Assembly (NCBI GenBank): GCA_965237905.1
Contig: OZ250172.1
Coordinates: forward strand, 2,816,001-2,880,000
Length of the DNA: 64,000 bases
From: Nitrospinaceae bacterium
GTDB lineage: Bacteria; Nitrospinota; Nitrospinia; Nitrospinales; Nitrospinaceae
Reading direction: 5' to 3'
Under the pieces are notes generated by a model, which was not told the origin of the DNA, ran no database searches, and saw only the letters and a list, made by a program, of their open reading frames with translations. The position numbers and the translations under genes were made by a program. This document shows, one piece after another, positions 51,549 to 61,626 of this stretch (positions within the stretch are counted from its first letter, which is position 1; every line of letters starts with the position of its first letter).

Positions 51549-52181
51549 TTATTCCAAAACCAAGTGAACCAGATCGCGAAAGGCTTGGACGCCTGTCTGT
51601 GCCCAGTTGAGTTCTGGGAAGGATTCTTCCGATACCGGAAAAAGTCTCATCAGTTTGAGGTATTGGAGACGATCGGCGATCTCTTGAATTTCGTTTTTGG
51701 AAAGTTTGGACACTTTTGCAAAATGGTTTTCACTGAATTCCCACTCCCAGGGACTGGTGTGTTGGGAAAGATAAACATTTTCGCAAGCGGCATCCTGTCG
51801 GTATTCTTTCAGCCGGCTTAAGTAGGTATCCAATTCAGGACCTTTCAATATGAGAGCAAACCCAAGGTAATGCCCCCACCAGAAAAGCGTGCGATAAGTA
51901 AAGAATTCCGTTTTTGAGAATTTCTGCGGGATGTCGAGCGAAAGAAAAGGGAATCCTTTATGATTTTCTCCCCGGGCGATTTGGCCTTTAGTCAGGTCCG
52001 TATCCGGCGGATAGGGTTTGGGATGGGCCTTCAATTCAGCCGCCAGAGCAGAGCGCAACTCCTCAAGATAACTTTCCGCCTTTTTCAAGATGGCGGGTTT
52101 GTGCTTGAAGATTTCCGTTATGTTGATCAGATCCCATTCGTGGTGAGACCAATGCGTATGGTTTTCCTGGCTAGTTTTCAT
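51549..52181 (-). CDS. Hypothetical protein
   Basis: 210-aa ORF co-oriented with the motAB-PilZ genes; RGENHKGFPF...LD.P..F....RT.FWWG conserved-looking motif. Confidence 0.75.
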   Translation of the reverse strand: MKTSQENHTHWSHHEWDLINITEIFKHKPAILKKAESYLEELRSALAAELKAHPKPYPPDTDLTKGQIARGENHKGFPFLSLDIPQKFSKTEFFTYRTLFWWGHYLGFALILKGPELDTYLSRLKEYRQDAACENVYLSQHTSPWEWEFSENHFAKVSKLSKNEIQEIADRLQYLKLMRLFPVSEESFPELNWAQTGVQAFRDLVHLVLE

Positions 52182-52208
52182 GGGACCCGAAGCTGACTTT
52201 TAAAAAAA

Positions 52209-52583
52209 TCAGGGATTTTGGGATCGAAGGTCGTCCTTTTGACGCACCAGAACGTAGCGGTGAAGGGAATCTTCGGATTCGACACCCAGATCAATGAAAC
52301 TACACCGGCAAACATCTTCTTCATCGATGCGCAAAATTTTTATCTGGGTTTTTATAATGCCTCCCGTAGGCAAGACAAAGTCTACCATATGCGAGGAATC
52401 TTCTTTGAGCCCCTGATTTTTAAATGCCAGTCCACCGGAACTGATTTCCACGATTTCCAGCGAATTCCCGTCCAGATTAAGAAACAGAGGGTTTTCCGGA
52501 TCCGGGGCGATTCGGTAGGCCTGGCGCGCTTCCTCCGGTGCTTTTAATTTCTTTTCCTGTTTATTTTTCTTTTTCCAGAACAA
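52209..52583 (-). CDS. PilZ-domain protein
   Basis: RQAYR and EISSGG motifs; C-terminal LHRYVL.RQK; start overlaps the end of motB. Confidence 0.8.
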   Translation of the reverse strand: MFWKKKNKQEKKLKAPEEARQAYRIAPDPENPLFLNLDGNSLEIVEISSGGLAFKNQGLKEDSSHMVDFVLPTGGIIKTQIKILRIDEEDVCRCSFIDLGVESEDSLHRYVLVRQKDDLRSQNP

Positions 52584-54042
52584 ATTCGACTCTCCTATTG
52601 GTGGATTGCCCTAATTCCGAATTATTAGAAGCGATAGGAAATATATCGGCATATCCGGTGGCGGTCAACCGTTTAGGGTCAATATTCTTATCGATGAAAT
52701 ACCTCAAAACCGCGGTAGCGCGGGCTGAAGACAATTCCCAGTTGGATGGAAACCGGTCGGTAGAAATGGGGGAATCGTCGGTATGCCCTTGAATGCTTAT
52801 CCGGTAACGAGGATAGGTATTCAGAAGGCGGACGATCTCGTCCAGAACCGGCTTGCTCTTTTGCAGGTCCAGATTAGCATTCCCGGGTTCGAACAACGAA
52901 CCTCCAGGGATGCGAACAACGATTTTGGTGCGGTCCGTGGAAATATCCATGATTTCATTCATGGCTTCCCGGTCGGCGACGTGCTGAATATCCGATAGTA
53001 TATTATCGCTTTTGAGCCCGGTCAGCACTTCAATCGTTTCCTTCCTTTCGACGGAGTCCATAAGCTCGAGCAGTCCGATGCTGGCGGATTCTGTTCCCAG
53101 AATAGCCTCCTTGAATTTATTGTTCGCGATGGAGGACAATGAATAATATAAGATGAAAAATGTTAAAAGGAGAATAGCCATGTCGGCATAGGTGGTCATC
53201 CACAAGGGTGAAGATTTTTCCTCCATCGCTTCATCCATAAACTCGGCCAGCTTTTTTCTTGTGAATCGAGACCGTTTCAGCTTTTTCGCGGCACTTTCTT
53301 CTGCTCTTTTAACCTCATAATCCAACTCGGATTTGAATTTTTTCTTTTGTAGAACGAGTTCTCTTTCCAGTTCATCCTTTTCCGATGTTAGTGCGGTTAA
53401 TTCCTTGCGCACTTGTTTGACGATTTCCGCTGGAAACTGAGACTCATCCCCTTCCTCGAAATCACCATCGAGAAGTTTTTCGTAGGTCTTGATCAGATCT
53501 TCTTTCTCTTTAATCAGCTGTTCGAAGCGTTTCCGCGATTCGTCATCCCGTTTGTCCACTTGGCCGGCTTCAGTTTTCAGGGAGGCGGCGGGTTTAGGCT
53601 CTTTTTGAAGACGCCGAATTTCCCTGGCCATCACCCCTTTTTCATCGTTCAGCCGATCTTTGGCCTTGCGTTCCTCCTCAATTTTTTGGGCCAGGCGGGA
53701 GTTCTTTTCACGCAGTTCTTTCAGCAGTGGGTTGGTTTTTTCCGCCACCTGCAATTCCGGAGTTCCTCCCGGAGCCGATTCTTTGATCGTGGACGGCGAG
53801 CTTTTTTTGCCGCCCGAACTTGTTGCCGTGGATCGTTGGTAGGAAATGGATTTTTGTAAGCGGATTTGCTCTTTTTTTTCATTCAACTGTTGTTGGAGGG
53901 TATTGATTTTCTTGCCGGTTATCGCCAGCAAATGCTTGATCTTCACTTCTTGCTGGTTCTTTTCAGCATTCGTTTTTTTCAGCTCGACATTTTTAATTCT
54001 GAGCTGTTCTTTGACTTGTTCCATGTTTTCTCTGTTTGCCAT
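52561..54042 (-). CDS. motB: MotB/PomB-type stator protein with a long N-terminal coiled coil
   Basis: WMTTYADMAILLLTFF TM with the conserved Asp; OmpA domain GHTDD, SNWELSSARA, NRRVEF; about 280 aa of charged helical sequence precede the TM. Confidence 0.85.
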   Translation of the reverse strand: MANRENMEQVKEQLRIKNVELKKTNAEKNQQEVKIKHLLAITGKKINTLQQQLNEKKEQIRLQKSISYQRSTATSSGGKKSSPSTIKESAPGGTPELQVAEKTNPLLKELREKNSRLAQKIEEERKAKDRLNDEKGVMAREIRRLQKEPKPAASLKTEAGQVDKRDDESRKRFEQLIKEKEDLIKTYEKLLDGDFEEGDESQFPAEIVKQVRKELTALTSEKDELERELVLQKKKFKSELDYEVKRAEESAAKKLKRSRFTRKKLAEFMDEAMEEKSSPLWMTTYADMAILLLTFFILYYSLSSIANNKFKEAILGTESASIGLLELMDSVERKETIEVLTGLKSDNILSDIQHVADREAMNEIMDISTDRTKIVVRIPGGSLFEPGNANLDLQKSKPVLDEIVRLLNTYPRYRISIQGHTDDSPISTDRFPSNWELSSARATAVLRYFIDKNIDPKRLTATGYADIFPIASNNSELGQSTNRRVEFVLEKEK

Positions 54043-54063
54043 AATGACGCTCGATTTACCCGG

Positions 54064-54837
54064 TTATTTTCTTACGAAGAAAGGTCGGCGCGGTCTCCGC
54101 TTCTTCGCAGGAATATAAGACGATAATTTTTCGTAAACGAAAATCGGATTGTTATCTTCAAGAATGGATATGGCTCCCTCAAATATGATCTCAAGCTTGA
54201 TTACTTCTACCAGCGTCCGATCTTTCAGCTTTCCGGCGATAGGAAGAAAAAACAAGGTCGCTAACAACATTCCGTAAAAAGTGGTCAGTAACGCTACCGC
54301 CATGGCCGGCCCAATGGTTTCGGGATTGGAGAGCTGACCCAACATCTGTACCAGCCCGATCAGGGTTCCCATCATCCCAAAGGAAGGAGCGTAGATCGCC
54401 ATTTTTCTGAAAACGTCCTGAACAATAAAATGCCGCTGTTTCATAGACTCAATTTCAATGTGAAGCGTGTCGCGGATCAGATCTTCCTTGGACCCGTCCG
54501 CAATCAGGTTGCAGGCTTTTCTGAGTAAATCGTCCTCAATACTCATACGGCTCAATGCGATCAATCCCTGACGGCGGCTGATGGTGCACAACTCGATCAT
54601 GGTTTCCACCATGTCGTTGGGATCCTGCTGTTTTTCTGAAAACACAAAAAAGGCCGCTTTAAAAGCGGAGATCACATCTTTCAGCTGGAAGGTGATTAGA
54701 GTGGCGGCGATCGTTCCCCCGAAGACAATCATGAAACCCGGCAAATTAAAGAAATTATCCAGTTGGCCATCAATGAAAATGGCACCCACGATGAGAGAGA
54801 TCCCTAATATGATTCCTACAAGGGAAGCAGCGTCCAC
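54064..54837 (-). CDS. motA: MotA/PomA stator protein
   Basis: IVFGGT, RRQGLIAL, APSFGMMGTLIGLVQML, GPAMAVALLTTFYG. Confidence 0.92.
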   Translation of the reverse strand: MDAASLVGIILGISLIVGAIFIDGQLDNFFNLPGFMIVFGGTIAATLITFQLKDVISAFKAAFFVFSEKQQDPNDMVETMIELCTISRRQGLIALSRMSIEDDLLRKACNLIADGSKEDLIRDTLHIEIESMKQRHFIVQDVFRKMAIYAPSFGMMGTLIGLVQMLGQLSNPETIGPAMAVALLTTFYGMLLATLFFLPIAGKLKDRTLVEVIKLEIIFEGAISILEDNNPIFVYEKLSSYIPAKKRRPRRPFFVRK

Positions 54838-55018
54838 TAAATACGGTCCTTTTTATTAATATTGAAAAAATGGAATATTCTTTAAAGTTAACATGTCAAC
54901 GCTGTTTCTGCAATTTTTTCATGGGTTTAGGGGTAGAAATCATCAGCTTTCTCTGTCAAGGATTTGATGGATGTGGGGTCGTCAATCGGGATTAGGGGGT
55001 CGGCTCGTATTGAAGCAT

Positions 55019-57136
55019 TCAGTCGGATTCGGGTGATGGAGGGCCTGTTCGGAGGAACTGAGTCATGTCGTCAGGGGAAAGGACCGGACTCAGCATGATT
55101 CCCTGCGCCAGGTCGCAACCGGTTTTTTTGAGGAACGCCAATTGGTTTTCTGTTTCCACCCCTTCTGCGATCGTTTGCAGTTCCAGGTTTTGGGCCAGCG
55201 AAACTATGGCTTGGATAATGGCGCTACTGGTTTTCAATTGGTATTCATGGACGAAGGTTTGGTCGATTTTCAAGCTGTGGATAGGCATATCCTTTAAATA
55301 CTTCAGGGAGGAGAAGCCGGTACCAAAATCATCGATTGATAATCGAAGTCCAAATTCGCTCAAAGTCTTCAAGCGGGAAATGGCGCTATCGGAATTTTCC
55401 ATAAGAATGGTTTCGGTCAACTCCAGCTCCAGAAGTCTTGGATCGATTCCTGATTGAACCACCTGTTTTTCAACTTTTTGGGCCAGGTCGTCCTGGTTGA
55501 ACTGGTGGCCCGAAAGGTTGACTGCCACGTTGATCGGATCCAATCCCATAGACTGCCATTTCTTGATCTGTTGGCAGGCGGTCTCAAGAACCCATTCTCC
55601 AATGGGTATGATCAAACGGTTTTCTTCCGCCGCCAGGATAAACTCCAAAGTGGGGACCCAGCCCTTTTCCGGATGACACCAACGTATCAACGACTCCATG
55701 CCGGCCAATTGGCCGGTTGCCAGGTTAAACTTGGGCTGGTAATGCAGTTCGAATTCTTCACGTTCCAACGCTTTCCGCAAATCCGTTTCCATGTCGACTT
55801 TCTTGGCCGATTGGAACAGGAACGCCGGATTGTAATATTGAAAAGAATGCTTATCCTTTTCCTTGGCGGACCACAATGCGGCTTGCGCATTTTTAACCAG
55901 AGAGTGCGGATCCTTGCCGTCATGGGGGTAAAGAGAGATTCCCATAGTGGATCGTATGCTGACGTCATGATTGTTGATCGTGAACATGGGTTCGAGAGTT
56001 TGTAGAATTTTTTGAGCCATCAGAGTGATAAACCGTTGGTGGCTGGCCCCACTCAAGATCAGGAGAAAGTCCTCACCCTCCAGTCGGGCCACCGTATCCT
56101 CTTTTCGCAGGCATCCTTCCAGGCGTTTTCCAATATCCTTAAGTAAAAGTTCCCCCACATGGGGATCGAGAGAGTGGTTTATGGATTTGTAATTAACAAT
56201 GCTTACTATGGCCACCGCAATTAATTTTTCATTTCGATCAGCTTGGGAAATAGCGACACTCAATCGGTCCTTGGCTAAAGACATATTGGGTAGACTGGTT
56301 ACAGGGTCGAAATAAGCCAGGGTCTCCAGGCGCTCCTCCATTAACAACCGCTCGGTTTTATCTACAGCCATTGCAATATAAAGTGGGTTCGTGTCTTTCT
56401 GTAAAAGCTTAAAGCGGATTTCAGAGTTGTATTGTGTGCCGTCTTTTCTCTGGTGGATGCCTTGAAACGTGGCAAAAGAGTTCCCGTTGTTGCGAAGAGG
56501 CCGTGACAAATTGTTGAATGTATCGGGTGTCAGGTTCTTGATGACATCGAAAATGGTGCGCTTGGTAATTTGATCTTTGTCATAACCTAAATTATTCAGC
56601 GCCAGTGAGTTGCCGCGAACAAAGTGATGATCGGAGGAATCGATGATATAAATCTCATTGGGAGAATCGTCCAGGATGCGAAGCAAATGAACTGAGATTT
56701 TTTCCTGGGCTTCTTTTTTCTTGTAACCCATGGCCAAATCGCTGATGTTGCCCCGGGACCGGTACGACAAGGTGGTTAACAAGGAAAACAGAAATTGGTC
56801 ATTGGACGCCACGAGGGAATCAAATTGAGGTTTGGTGATTTCCATTAAAGTGGTTTGAGTAGCTGCCTGGACTATTGCGGAACGGTTTTTGGATTCGATG
56901 ATGGCCATTTCTCCAAAAACCTGCCCGTTGTTGATTTGGGATATTTCCTGGCCTTCTTTGAAAATAGTAAGACGCCCACCCAAGACCACATACATGTGGT
57001 GGCCGGGGTCACCGTCTTTGAACAAAGTTTCTCCCGGTTGCAAAACAACAGTTTGGCACTGTCCCGAGAGCTCGCTCAAAGTGGAGCCGGGTAAAGATTT
57101 GAATAGCTCGACGTCTTTTAATTGAACCAAATCCAT
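55019..57136 (-). CDS. cNMP-binding/PAS/degenerate GGDEF/EAL protein (probable c-di-GMP phosphodiesterase)
   Basis: FGEMAI...RSA cNMP domain; HQRKDG PAC; ARLEGEDF in place of GGDEF; ESLIRW, ELTE, DDFGTGFSSL, AEGVE. Confidence 0.92.
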   Translation of the reverse strand: MDLVQLKDVELFKSLPGSTLSELSGQCQTVVLQPGETLFKDGDPGHHMYVVLGGRLTIFKEGQEISQINNGQVFGEMAIIESKNRSAIVQAATQTTLMEITKPQFDSLVASNDQFLFSLLTTLSYRSRGNISDLAMGYKKKEAQEKISVHLLRILDDSPNEIYIIDSSDHHFVRGNSLALNNLGYDKDQITKRTIFDVIKNLTPDTFNNLSRPLRNNGNSFATFQGIHQRKDGTQYNSEIRFKLLQKDTNPLYIAMAVDKTERLLMEERLETLAYFDPVTSLPNMSLAKDRLSVAISQADRNEKLIAVAIVSIVNYKSINHSLDPHVGELLLKDIGKRLEGCLRKEDTVARLEGEDFLLILSGASHQRFITLMAQKILQTLEPMFTINNHDVSIRSTMGISLYPHDGKDPHSLVKNAQAALWSAKEKDKHSFQYYNPAFLFQSAKKVDMETDLRKALEREEFELHYQPKFNLATGQLAGMESLIRWCHPEKGWVPTLEFILAAEENRLIIPIGEWVLETACQQIKKWQSMGLDPINVAVNLSGHQFNQDDLAQKVEKQVVQSGIDPRLLELELTETILMENSDSAISRLKTLSEFGLRLSIDDFGTGFSSLKYLKDMPIHSLKIDQTFVHEYQLKTSSAIIQAIVSLAQNLELQTIAEGVETENQLAFLKKTGCDLAQGIMLSPVLSPDDMTQFLRTGPPSPESD

Positions 57137-57376
57137 ACAGTATTGTTTCTGCGTGTTCGTTTTTTAAGGGTATAAAATTTAGTATAAGGGGAGTTTAAGA
57201 AGTCTGTTTGGAAATTATCCATAAATTATGAATAAATAAGAGGTTTTGATGTAAATGTAATTTAAGAATGGAAGGTTGGTTGTAGCGAAAGGTATTGATT
57301 TTATTTAATAAAAATAGAGCTTTGTGGGAAGAGCGGAATCGCGATTTAAATTTATCCGAGAAGGATAAGGGACCGG

Positions 57377-58351
57377 TCAGGCGGGATCGTTGTAGAGATG
57401 GCAGTCCACGGTATGTCCGGGGCTCAATTGAATGGTACGGGGGACTTCCGTTTTGCAGTGGTCCATCACTTTGGGGCACCGGGGATGGAAGTGGCATCCG
57501 GAGGGAGGGTTCATGGGGGAGGGCACATCGCCACCCAGAATAATACGTTGGTTCTTTTCCTTCGGGTTCAGCGAGGGTTTGGAAGCCAGCAGAGCCTGAG
57601 TATAAGGATGAGCGGCTTCGCGATTGAGAACATCCGTCGGCGCGGTTTCCACAATTTTTCCGAGGTACATCACCGCTGTTCGCTGAGACAGGTGCTTGAC
57701 CACGTTCAGGTCATGCGAAATGAACAGCATGGATATGTCGCTTTCCTCCTGTAGTTGTTGCAGGAGGTTGATGATCTGCGCCTGAATGGAAACGTCGAGC
57801 GCAGAGACCGGCTCATCGCACACGATGTATTTCGGGTTCAATGCCAAGGCCCGGGCAATGCCGATTCTCTGCCGCTGGCCGCCGGAAAATTCGTGGGGAT
57901 ACCGACGTGAATATTTTGGAGAAAGCCCCACTTTGTCCATAATCGCTTCAACTTTTTGTTTGAGTGTCGGGCGGTCGGCCATTTTATGGATGATCAACGC
58001 TTCGCCGATGATCCGCTCCACCGTGAACCGGGGGTTGAGTGAGCTGTAAGGATCCTGAAAGATGATCTGCATTTTTGGACGCAGGCGAGTCAACTCTGCC
58101 GAATCGAGATCAAAAATATTTTGTTCCTCGAAGTAAACCTTTCCTTCGGTGGGCTCCAGAAGGCGGATGCTCAACCGACCCACCGTGGTCTTGCCACAAC
58201 CGGACTCGCCGACAAGACCCAGTGTCTCTCCCGGTCCGATTTCCAGTGAAACGTCGTCGACGGCTTTTACTTGGTTTACGGTTTTGCCGAGTACGCCGCC
58301 CGTTACGGGAAAATATTTTTTGAGGGAATCGATTTTGACGACTGCGCTCAT
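57377..58351 (-). CDS. Oligo/dipeptide ABC transporter ATPase (DppF/AppF-like)
   Basis: [38 protein letters not shown]. Confidence 0.95.
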   Translation of the reverse strand: MSAVVKIDSLKKYFPVTGGVLGKTVNQVKAVDDVSLEIGPGETLGLVGESGCGKTTVGRLSIRLLEPTEGKVYFEEQNIFDLDSAELTRLRPKMQIIFQDPYSSLNPRFTVERIIGEALIIHKMADRPTLKQKVEAIMDKVGLSPKYSRRYPHEFSGGQRQRIGIARALALNPKYIVCDEPVSALDVSIQAQIINLLQQLQEESDISMLFISHDLNVVKHLSQRTAVMYLGKIVETAPTDVLNREAAHPYTQALLASKPSLNPKEKNQRIILGGDVPSPMNPPSGCHFHPRCPKVMDHCKTEVPRTIQLSPGHTVDCHLYNDPA

Positions 58352-59337
58352 GAGGAAGAAGCCTGTTTGGAGTCGCGGTACAACCAGCAGGCGACTTGCT
58401 GTTGGGATTGTTCGGTTTGGAACTTCGGCGGAATTTCCTGACGGCACTCGGGCATAACGTCCTTGCAACGAGGATGAAAGGCGCACCCGTCGGGGAGAAA
58501 CACCGGATTGGGAACCGTTCCTGGAATGGATTCCAGGGCCTCTCCCGGTTCGCCCCGGGGCAGAGAATTCAGGAGCCCCTGTGTGTAAGGGTGAGCGGGC
58601 GATTCAAACAACACTTCCACCGGCGCTTCTTCTACAATCTTCCCGGAATACATCACCGCCACCCGGTCGGCGTATTGGGCGACAATGCCCAGGTTGTGAG
58701 TGATCAGCAGAATCGCCATATCCGTATCGCGCCGCAATTGATCCATCAATTCGAGAATCTGCGCTTCAATCGTGACATCGAGTGCGGTGGTCGGTTCGTC
58801 CGCGATCAAAAGCGCCGGCTGGCAGGCAATGGCCATGGCGATCATCACGCGCTGTTTCATGCCGCCGGACAGTTCGTGCGGATATTGGTCGATCCGGCGT
58901 TCGGGGGAAGGGATCGCGACCTTACGCAACAGCTCCAGGGTGATCTCCCGCGCTTCTGCCTTGGTTTTCTTCTGGTGTAGGATGATGGATTCTGCAATCT
59001 GGTCGCCGATGGTGAAAATAGGATTGAGCGAAGTCATCGGTTCCTGAAAGATCATGCTGATATCGTTACCCCGCAACCGCTCCATCTGCTTTTCTGTTTG
59101 GGAGAAGATGTCTTTGCCGTCGAAAAGGATGTTGCCGGTTTCAAATTTTCCCGGCGGGGTGGGGACGAGTCTGAGGATGCTGAGGGCAGTGACCGATTTG
59201 CCGCAACCGGATTCCCCGACCAGCGCCAGGGTTTCTCCCCGGCGGATCTTTAAATCCACGTTGCGGACGGATTGGACGACGCCCTCTTCAATGTAAAAAA
59301 ACGTGCTGAGGTTCTGGATTTCGAGGAGAGAACTCAT
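58348..59337 (-). CDS. Oligo/dipeptide ABC transporter ATPase (DppD/AppD-like)
   Basis: [42 protein letters not shown]. Confidence 0.95.
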   Translation of the reverse strand: MSSLLEIQNLSTFFYIEEGVVQSVRNVDLKIRRGETLALVGESGCGKSVTALSILRLVPTPPGKFETGNILFDGKDIFSQTEKQMERLRGNDISMIFQEPMTSLNPIFTIGDQIAESIILHQKKTKAEAREITLELLRKVAIPSPERRIDQYPHELSGGMKQRVMIAMAIACQPALLIADEPTTALDVTIEAQILELMDQLRRDTDMAILLITHNLGIVAQYADRVAVMYSGKIVEEAPVEVLFESPAHPYTQGLLNSLPRGEPGEALESIPGTVPNPVFLPDGCAFHPRCKDVMPECRQEIPPKFQTEQSQQQVACWLYRDSKQASSS

Positions 59338-59363
59338 TCGATGACCGGGGCCTCGGCAGTGGG

Positions 59364-60239
59364 TTATTGGGGGTCGTCGAAAATGTCCTCGTAACGGTAG
59401 TCTTCATCCTCTGAGTCAATATCGTAACGGGCCAGATGGGTGTTGACTTTTTCCGACCAGGCATCGATGCCGCCTTCGAGACATTTGACGTCGGTGAAGC
59501 CGCGCTCACCCAGCCACTTTTGAAAACTCGGCGCGCGGTCGCCTTTCCAGTCGATCAACACAACCTCCCGGTCTTTCGGAGTGGTATTCAGAACATTTTC
59601 GCAGTTGTCGCGGGTGATCAACGTTGCGCCTTCGATTTTGGCGATGTCGTGCTCCCACTTTTCCCGGATGTCGAGCAGAACCAGGTCGGTGCGCCCGGAT
59701 TCGATTTGCGATTTCAATTCTTCCGGGGTGATGGAGGGCGAAAGTTTGCCTCCCGCTTCCTGATTCAACAGAGACAGTACCTCACCAATTTTTTTGTCGT
59801 GTTTTTCGCAGACCGTGAAAATGGTCTCGTCCGGTTTGTATCCGGAAACGGGCATGCCGATGTGGAACTTTTTGAACAACAGGGTATGCACTTCCGGCAG
59901 TACCTTGTTGACCTCCGTCATCGAAGTGTCCGGATTGAATACGATGGGTTCCGCGCTTTCCTCCACCCGGACTTCGGTGATTTTTATAATATGGTAGCCG
60001 TAAGGGGTGTGCAGAGGGCCTAAGACGGCTCCCTGGCTGACTTCGGAAAGATCCCCCATGAGAGCTCCGGCGCTATCCTCGGGCATCCATCCCAGATCGC
60101 CGCCGTTTTTCTTGGACGGGCAGGTGCTATATTTTTCAACCACCTCGGTGAAAGGCGTTCCGGCGTCCAACTGCTTTTTGGCCGCCACCGCATCGTCGAT
60201 TTCATTGGTAAAAACCTGGCTGGCACGTACACTGATCAT
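59364..60239 (-). CDS. Parvulin-type peptidyl-prolyl isomerase fused to a rhodanese-like domain
   Basis: YSTCPSKKNGGDLGW, TPYGYHII; LLDIREKWEH..KIEGA, LEGGIDAWS. Confidence 0.85.
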   Translation of the reverse strand: MISVRASQVFTNEIDDAVAAKKQLDAGTPFTEVVEKYSTCPSKKNGGDLGWMPEDSAGALMGDLSEVSQGAVLGPLHTPYGYHIIKITEVRVEESAEPIVFNPDTSMTEVNKVLPEVHTLLFKKFHIGMPVSGYKPDETIFTVCEKHDKKIGEVLSLLNQEAGGKLSPSITPEELKSQIESGRTDLVLLDIREKWEHDIAKIEGATLITRDNCENVLNTTPKDREVVLIDWKGDRAPSFQKWLGERGFTDVKCLEGGIDAWSEKVNTHLARYDIDSEDEDYRYEDIFDDPQ

Positions 60240-60384
60240 GACTGTCTGACTCCTTTGGTTAAAGCTGCGAATGGCAACATCATATAATGACTGGGTTTAG
60301 GATTCAATAGATTAGGTGAAGATTCCCAGTTTTAGTCCGCCGGGCCACACACACCCAGCCAGCGCAACGCTGGGCATATATTCC

Positions 60385-60404
60385 CTCTCCCTTCATAGGG
60401 AGAG
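60385..60404. repeat. REP-like hairpin CTCTCCCT-TCAT-AGGGAGAG
   Basis: Perfect 8-bp stem followed by a G-run; similar in style to 2918-2946 and 7299-7320. Confidence 0.5.
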
Positions 60405-60488
60405 AGGGGGGGAACGGTGGATTTGTTCTGGTTTCGTTGAAGAGATTTGGGAGAAGTGCTATATAAGGTAAGGAGTGTCGAAGAATAA

Positions 60489-60565
60489 GCCCCCGTAGCT
60501 CAGCTGGATAGAGCATCGGATTCCTAATCCGGGGGTCGTGCGTTCGAATCGCGCCGGGGGCACCA
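60489..60565 (+). tRNA. tRNA-Arg (anticodon CCT)
   Basis: GCCCCCGTAGCTCAGCTGGATAGAGCA-TCGGA-TT-CCT-AA-TCCGG...GTTCGAATC...GGGGGCACCA; 77 nt. Confidence 0.97.
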
Positions 60566-60682
60566 TATAAACTTTGGAGGATCTACCGCAGCATTGTTCC
60601 AGGCAAGCGCCGGGGAGGGTGGAATTAGAACACAGCGATTGTAACCGGGAATAACTTCCATCTATAGAGACGGGTCAAGATT

Positions 60683-61042
60683 TTAGCTGATACTACCACT
60701 CGCGTTTATAACGTATGAATTGCCCGAGTCAGCATGAGAGGCGGTACCACTAAAGGCAATTTCTCCACCTGCGGCCACAATAGTGATCTTGCTGGATTGT
60801 ATATATCCATAGGTTGTGGTACCGGCGATGGGCACCGTACAAGCGTTGAAAGAACCTTCATCTGACCAATAGCTTTTACAAGCTAAAAAGACGTTGTGTA
60901 AGTTGGATTTGGTATCGGCATCATAGGCACGACCTTTATATTGTGTATAAACGGGGAGAGCAATAGCTGCCAAAATCCCAATGATAGCTATAACGATTAA
61001 TAGCTCTATGAGAGTAAATCCCTTTTTATTCTCTAATGTCAT
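60683..61042 (-). CDS. Type IV pilin (short, PilA-like)
   Basis: Prepilin motif KKG^[20 protein letters not shown]; two Cys; AT-rich. Confidence 0.92.
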   Translation of the reverse strand: MTLENKKGFTLIELLIVIAIIGILAAIALPVYTQYKGRAYDADTKSNLHNVFLACKSYWSDEGSFNACTVPIAGTTTYGYIQSSKITIVAAGGEIAFSGTASHADSGNSYVINASGSIS

Positions 61043-61080
61043 TTCAGTCTCCGTTAACGTTGCCCAACCTGTGATAAACA

Positions 61081-61097
61081 AGCAAATGCTGTGCCTA
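61081..61097 (-). promoter_or_regulatory. Sigma54 promoter of the pilin gene
   Basis: Minus strand TAGGCACAGCATTTGCT: GG-N10-GC, about 40 bp upstream of the ATG. Confidence 0.7.
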
Positions 61098-61447
61098 ATT
61101 GGTGTCTAAATAGTTGAAATATATAGAGCCCTAGTGAATGTAACTGTATGAGAGTACTTCAGCATTGAAAAATAGACATCTGCTCGTGTGCCGCGTTGAA
61201 ACTTTATTTTTGAAATAAAGCAGCAAGTTTTTTAGATAGCGCACTGCTTCATTTAAAATCAAAAAAAGGATGATTTTTGATACAAACAGTGTCGCTTATT
61301 TCATACAAAATAATCAGACCAAAAGGTCTGAAGATGGTTCGGTTAGGGGATACACTAGAGGGCAGGAATTAGATAGTGGAGCGCTAAAATGGAAAGTGAT
61401 ACAACAACCGGGGGCGGACCTCACAATTCATCAACGAATGGAAAATT

Positions 61448-61585
61448 ATGGACGACACTGGCAAAGAGGAACCGAGAGAACCGCGCAGGGAAAACCCGAT
61501 CTTTACCATCTGGGTGCATACTGGCTACGCCGTCCTGATCCTTTCCATGATCGCGTGGATGGTCTACATGGAATTTTTTATGTGA
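61448..61585 (+). CDS. Small single-TM membrane protein (45 aa)
   Basis: MDDTGKEEPREPRRENPIFTIWVHTGYAVLILSMIAWMVYMEFFM; charged N-terminus plus a hydrophobic helix; below the ORF-track cutoff. Confidence 0.55.
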   Translation: MDDTGKEEPREPRRENPIFTIWVHTGYAVLILSMIAWMVYMEFFM

Positions 61586-61626
61586 AGGCTGTTAAAAAGG
61601 GGAGCAGAATCCTCATCGGTGGTTAA

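Noticed and set aside
52561..54837. Zorya (zorAB) defence system
   Set aside because: MotA is a normal-length PomA/MotA type without the ZorA tail, and no zorC/D/E genes are adjacent
60607..60615. GCGCCGGGG repeating part of the tRNA-Arg 3' end as an att site
   Set aside because: Only 9 bp, GC-rich and about 40 bp from the tRNA end; compatible with chance
61270..61626. 118-aa plus-strand ORF from the track
   Set aside because: No recognisable features and it spans an AT-rich promoter-like region; the 45-aa TM ORF in another frame is more plausible
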